This document shows, in pieces, positions 61,139 through 64,000 of a stretch of DNA of 64,000 nucleotides. The translations under genes were made by a program, and so were the position numbers. Numbering within the stretch: position 1 is the stretch's first letter; each line of letters starts with the position of its first letter. Location: NCBI GenBank assembly GCA_020891255.1, contig BQFW01000013.1, positions 1,302,001 through 1,366,000 of the forward strand. The letters are read 5' to 3'. Origin of the DNA: Entomortierella parvispora E1425 (taxonomy: Eukaryota > Fungi > Mortierellomycota). A model generated the notes under the pieces. The model searched no databases. It saw only the letters and a list, made by a program, of their open reading frames with translations, and was not told where the DNA came from.

Positions 61139-61156
61139 CACCCTTAATCATTGAAT

Positions 61157-61182
61157 CACGTGGTGTCTTTTGATATCACGTG
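61157..61182. promoter_or_regulatory. Paired TCACGTG E-boxes upstream of tRNA-Arg
   Basis: CACGTG at 61157-61162 (-94) and 61177-61182 (-74). Confidence 0.5.
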
Positions 61183-61250
61183 ATGTGACAACCTCTGCAA
61201 GTTGATCCAGCCAATTCAAAACATTTCCAACCAATGAGGTCGCAGCAAAT

Positions 61251-61322
61251 GGGCTTGTAGGATAATGGATAGTCCCCTAGACTTCGAATCTAGTAATCCG
61301 AGTTCGATCCTCGGCAAGCTCA
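61251..61322 (+). tRNA. tRNA-Arg(TCG)
   Basis: Acceptor GGGCTTG/CAAGCTC, D arm GGAT-AATGGATA-GTCC, anticodon arm CTAGA CT TCG AA TCTAG, T arm CCGAG TTCGATC CTCGG; T-run downstream. Confidence 0.93.
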
Positions 61323-63393
61323 ACAATTAATTTTGATTTTTTTTTCTTCGACGGAGTGGGGTGATGTTGAATCCACTGGACGCTCGGAGGCAGCTCTGAT
61401 CCATTACTGCGCTTCCTGCCCGTTCTTTAGTGGACGACATCCTTTTGGGAGGTCTAATCGTCAACCTCCATCTCTTTAACTAACGACTTTCTAACCTCCT
61501 TCTTATCTGCTGAATGGTGATCAGGCTATCCAGCGTCAAGATCTGCGGAACCAGCAGGCAATCGTTGAGTGGATGCGAATGGCTGGCGATTATGGGAGAG
61601 TTGGTTATTAAAAAGATATCGAAGTCGACCACACGGCCCATCTTAAAAGAGTTCCTGTATGGGTGGTCGCGGTCAGCCATCAACTAATGAACAGCGCCAG
61701 TCTGTCCAAACACAACACAATTGATGATCTGATGATCTTGAACCGTTATTTTGTGGTGCACCTTTTTGGACTTTGGAGTTGTGCCTCGACCATCAGTCCT
61801 CGTCGAAAGCTTTGTTTTTTTTCGCGCAGTCGTTCACTGACGGCAATTCATTCAAGCGACACGGATCTCTTGGCGAATGTGTTTTGGCAACAGACAGTGA
61901 GAACGCTGCTAAAACACACACAGAGGAATCACTCCACTCTCTGCGTTCAAAAAAACTTCAGAGGTGTTTTGCGTCGGTCAAAAGTGCCATGCCATAACGT
62001 GGCATGGGCTGACCTCTGCAGTATTTGTTTGTCCTCTACACGGACAAAAGAGAGACAAACGACTCCCAACAGAGACACGGTCAAAAAATAAGGATCTGAT
62101 AAGAAAACAAAGGGCCAAGTACCCTGTGAATTTTTTTTTTTTTTTGTTTTTCCTTTTCTTCTTTTGTCGGTGACCCAAAATATCCGACCCAACGACAGGG
62201 GCGCACTTTTTTGTGGGCGAGAAAAAAAAGTGACTTATCAGATCCGAGTCAGATTGTTCACACCGGCCCCCCAGGTCCAAAAAAAAATGCTCTGGACCCC
62301 CACCAAGTCCGTATCCTTTCTTCATAACAAAGCACATTTGCTAGACAAGTGTCAGCACGAATCACCGCTTTAAGAAAAAAAAAAAAAGAAAAAAGGAAAG
62401 AGTGAAAGAAGCCTTGGTTCGGAGCCACTGACAGGAAGACAGAAAAGTGGTGTGTGAGTAACGGCAGTCGTAAGGCTCTCACATGTGGGAATGACAGGTC
62501 TGGAATGACCTTCCGAGTGGGGCCATTTTTATTATTTTTTTTCCTCTACCTGTTCCACTTCACGGGACCGACCTAATAATATAAAAGAGTTTTCCGAAGG
62601 TGGGATGAACTCAATGCATTGTGCCAGTCAGAAAGTAAAACGGCCGAGATCGAGGAGCAAATCCCGAAGGATTGGCCATTGCGGGCTGTCAGGCAGGCTC
62701 GGGGAAACCAGAGTCTTTCTGTCCTACGATTGTCTTCTCGCTCTCTCTAGGTCATGGTTCGGGGGGAGACATACTGGAGACGAGTCTTTCTGATGTGTCT
62801 CTCAGACCGTAATCACGCCTGTTGTTATCAGATCCAAAGTCATAACGGGAGACCCTCTGCGATTTGGGTGTCACTCGAAGGCAATGGAGGATCAAAGAGG
62901 GAGGGGGACAAAGACAGAGAGAGAAAGCAGGAGAGAGACAGGAGGAGGGGGGAGCTAGGTGAATAGTGATGTTCGTTGTGCGCTACTTGCCCCCGATAGA
63001 CGAGCCGAGTCAGCCAAAAGGGCTGACTGACTGACAAAAGAGACAATGGCTGGCTTCGTATCCCGTCCCGGGTCAGGCGGGGATCTGATAAGATTTTGTT
63101 TGTCATTTATCTCTTTTTCCTCCTCTTCCTTCTTCCGCCCTCCCTCCCTCACTTTCGTTGCTGCCTCTTTGTTTTCTGGCGGTTCGTCTCTTCTCAATCC
63201 TTCCGCACTCTCCTCTCTCCTTCACCCTTCTGTCTCTTCGCCTTGTCTGTTGAATCTCGCCTTTCATTCCTTCTCTCCATTGCTCATCTCTCCCTCCGCC
63301 CACCAGCCTACTGTTCCTCCACCAAAAGAAAACAGAAAATTGCTCCTTCCGGCAAATCCCTTTCACTTTCAACACAGCACACACTCATACGCC

Positions 63394-64000
63394 ATGTCGA
63401 CCTCCACACTGCAACTCATGCCTTCCGCAGAGCCGGGCAGCGCCACTGACCTCTCTCAGCTCGACCCCGCGACTCTTGCTGCCATCCCTGGCATCACCTA
63501 TGACCTCAAGCGCCTTAAGGTCTACTCCTCTTGTCTCCGATGCAGAGCCAAGAAGGTGAAGTGCGACCGCAAGGAGCCTTGCTCCCGTTGTGTCAAGCAT
63601 TCGGTTGAGTGCTCCTACCGCGAACTGGCCTCGGTTCAGCTCGATATCCGTCAGTTCCAAAGACATCTCAACAACCCAAAGGTCAGAAAGGACGGCGCCG
63701 GTATCATCACCTCGACTGCTACTCCAATCCTGACGCTTCCCTCGGGTGACACCGCTGTGCTCTCAGCTGGGTCTACGACTGGTGTTGGCGCTTCCTCGCC
63801 CGCTGCAGCCTCTGCCGCTGCAGCAGCTGTAGCAGCCGCTACTTTGATGGCCGCTGCAGCCAAAGCATCTTCGAGCGCTGCTGTGACGTCGACTTTGTCC
63901 ACTTCCACATCTGCCTCCCCTACTTCCTCAGAGTCTATGTACAATGGCGCCCCTAGAAAGTCAGTCAAGTTCTCTTCTGCTCCAACCTCGTCATTGTCCC
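63394..64000 (+). CDS. Zn(II)2Cys6 transcription factor, 5' part (runs off the window end)
   Basis: SCLRCRAKKVKCDRKEPCSRCVKHSVECSY in an open frame from ATG 63394 to the edge (not in the ORF track). Confidence 0.95.
   Translation, partial: MSTSTLQLMPSAEPGSATDLSQLDPATLAAIPGITYDLKRLKVYSSCLRCRAKKVKCDRKEPCSRCVKHSVECSYRELASVQLDIRQFQRHLNNPKVRKDGAGIITSTATPILTLPSGDTAVLSAGSTTGVGASSPAAASAAAAAVAAATLMAAAAKASSSAAVTSTLSTSTSASPTSSESMYNGAPRKSVKFSSAPTSSLS

Noticed and set aside
61400-62100. Short ORFs downstream of tRNA-Arg as a downstream-targeted (TRE3-like) element
   Set aside because: No poly(A)+TSD structure, no second copy in the window, and no RT-like motif.

Overview
Gene-dense, intron-rich fungal DNA. 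It most resembles Mortierellaceae (inferred from GT-AG introns, a lineage-typical F-box/LRR gene and a small Ser-rich peptide family). It holds about 28 protein-coding genes, mostly housekeeping: GCV2, LTP1, METTL6, MAK11, PRP45, PRE3, CIA2, LSM12, BMT2, two RPL36, TES1, fRMsr, ADK2, BNA5, a TKL-like kinase and a Zn2Cys6 factor. It also holds two tRNA genes, Ala-AGC and Arg-TCG. Highlight 1: both tRNA genes have stacked or nested, 5'-truncated, poly(A)-tailed non-LTR retroelement fragments from two related families about 95-150 bp upstream, three of the four with clear target-site duplications. All share one orientation, which suggests a tRNA-gene-targeted LINE system analogous to Dictyostelium TRE5. 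Highlight 2: a 4.84-kb palindrome holds two convergent RPL36 paralogs and three copies of an orphan microprotein, with about 99%-identical 838-bp outer arms. Highlight 3: a SAP-domain TKL-like kinase lacks the beta3 lysine and has a lysine at the WNK position. Exon boundaries were read by eye and family calls come from motif recognition; no searches were run.
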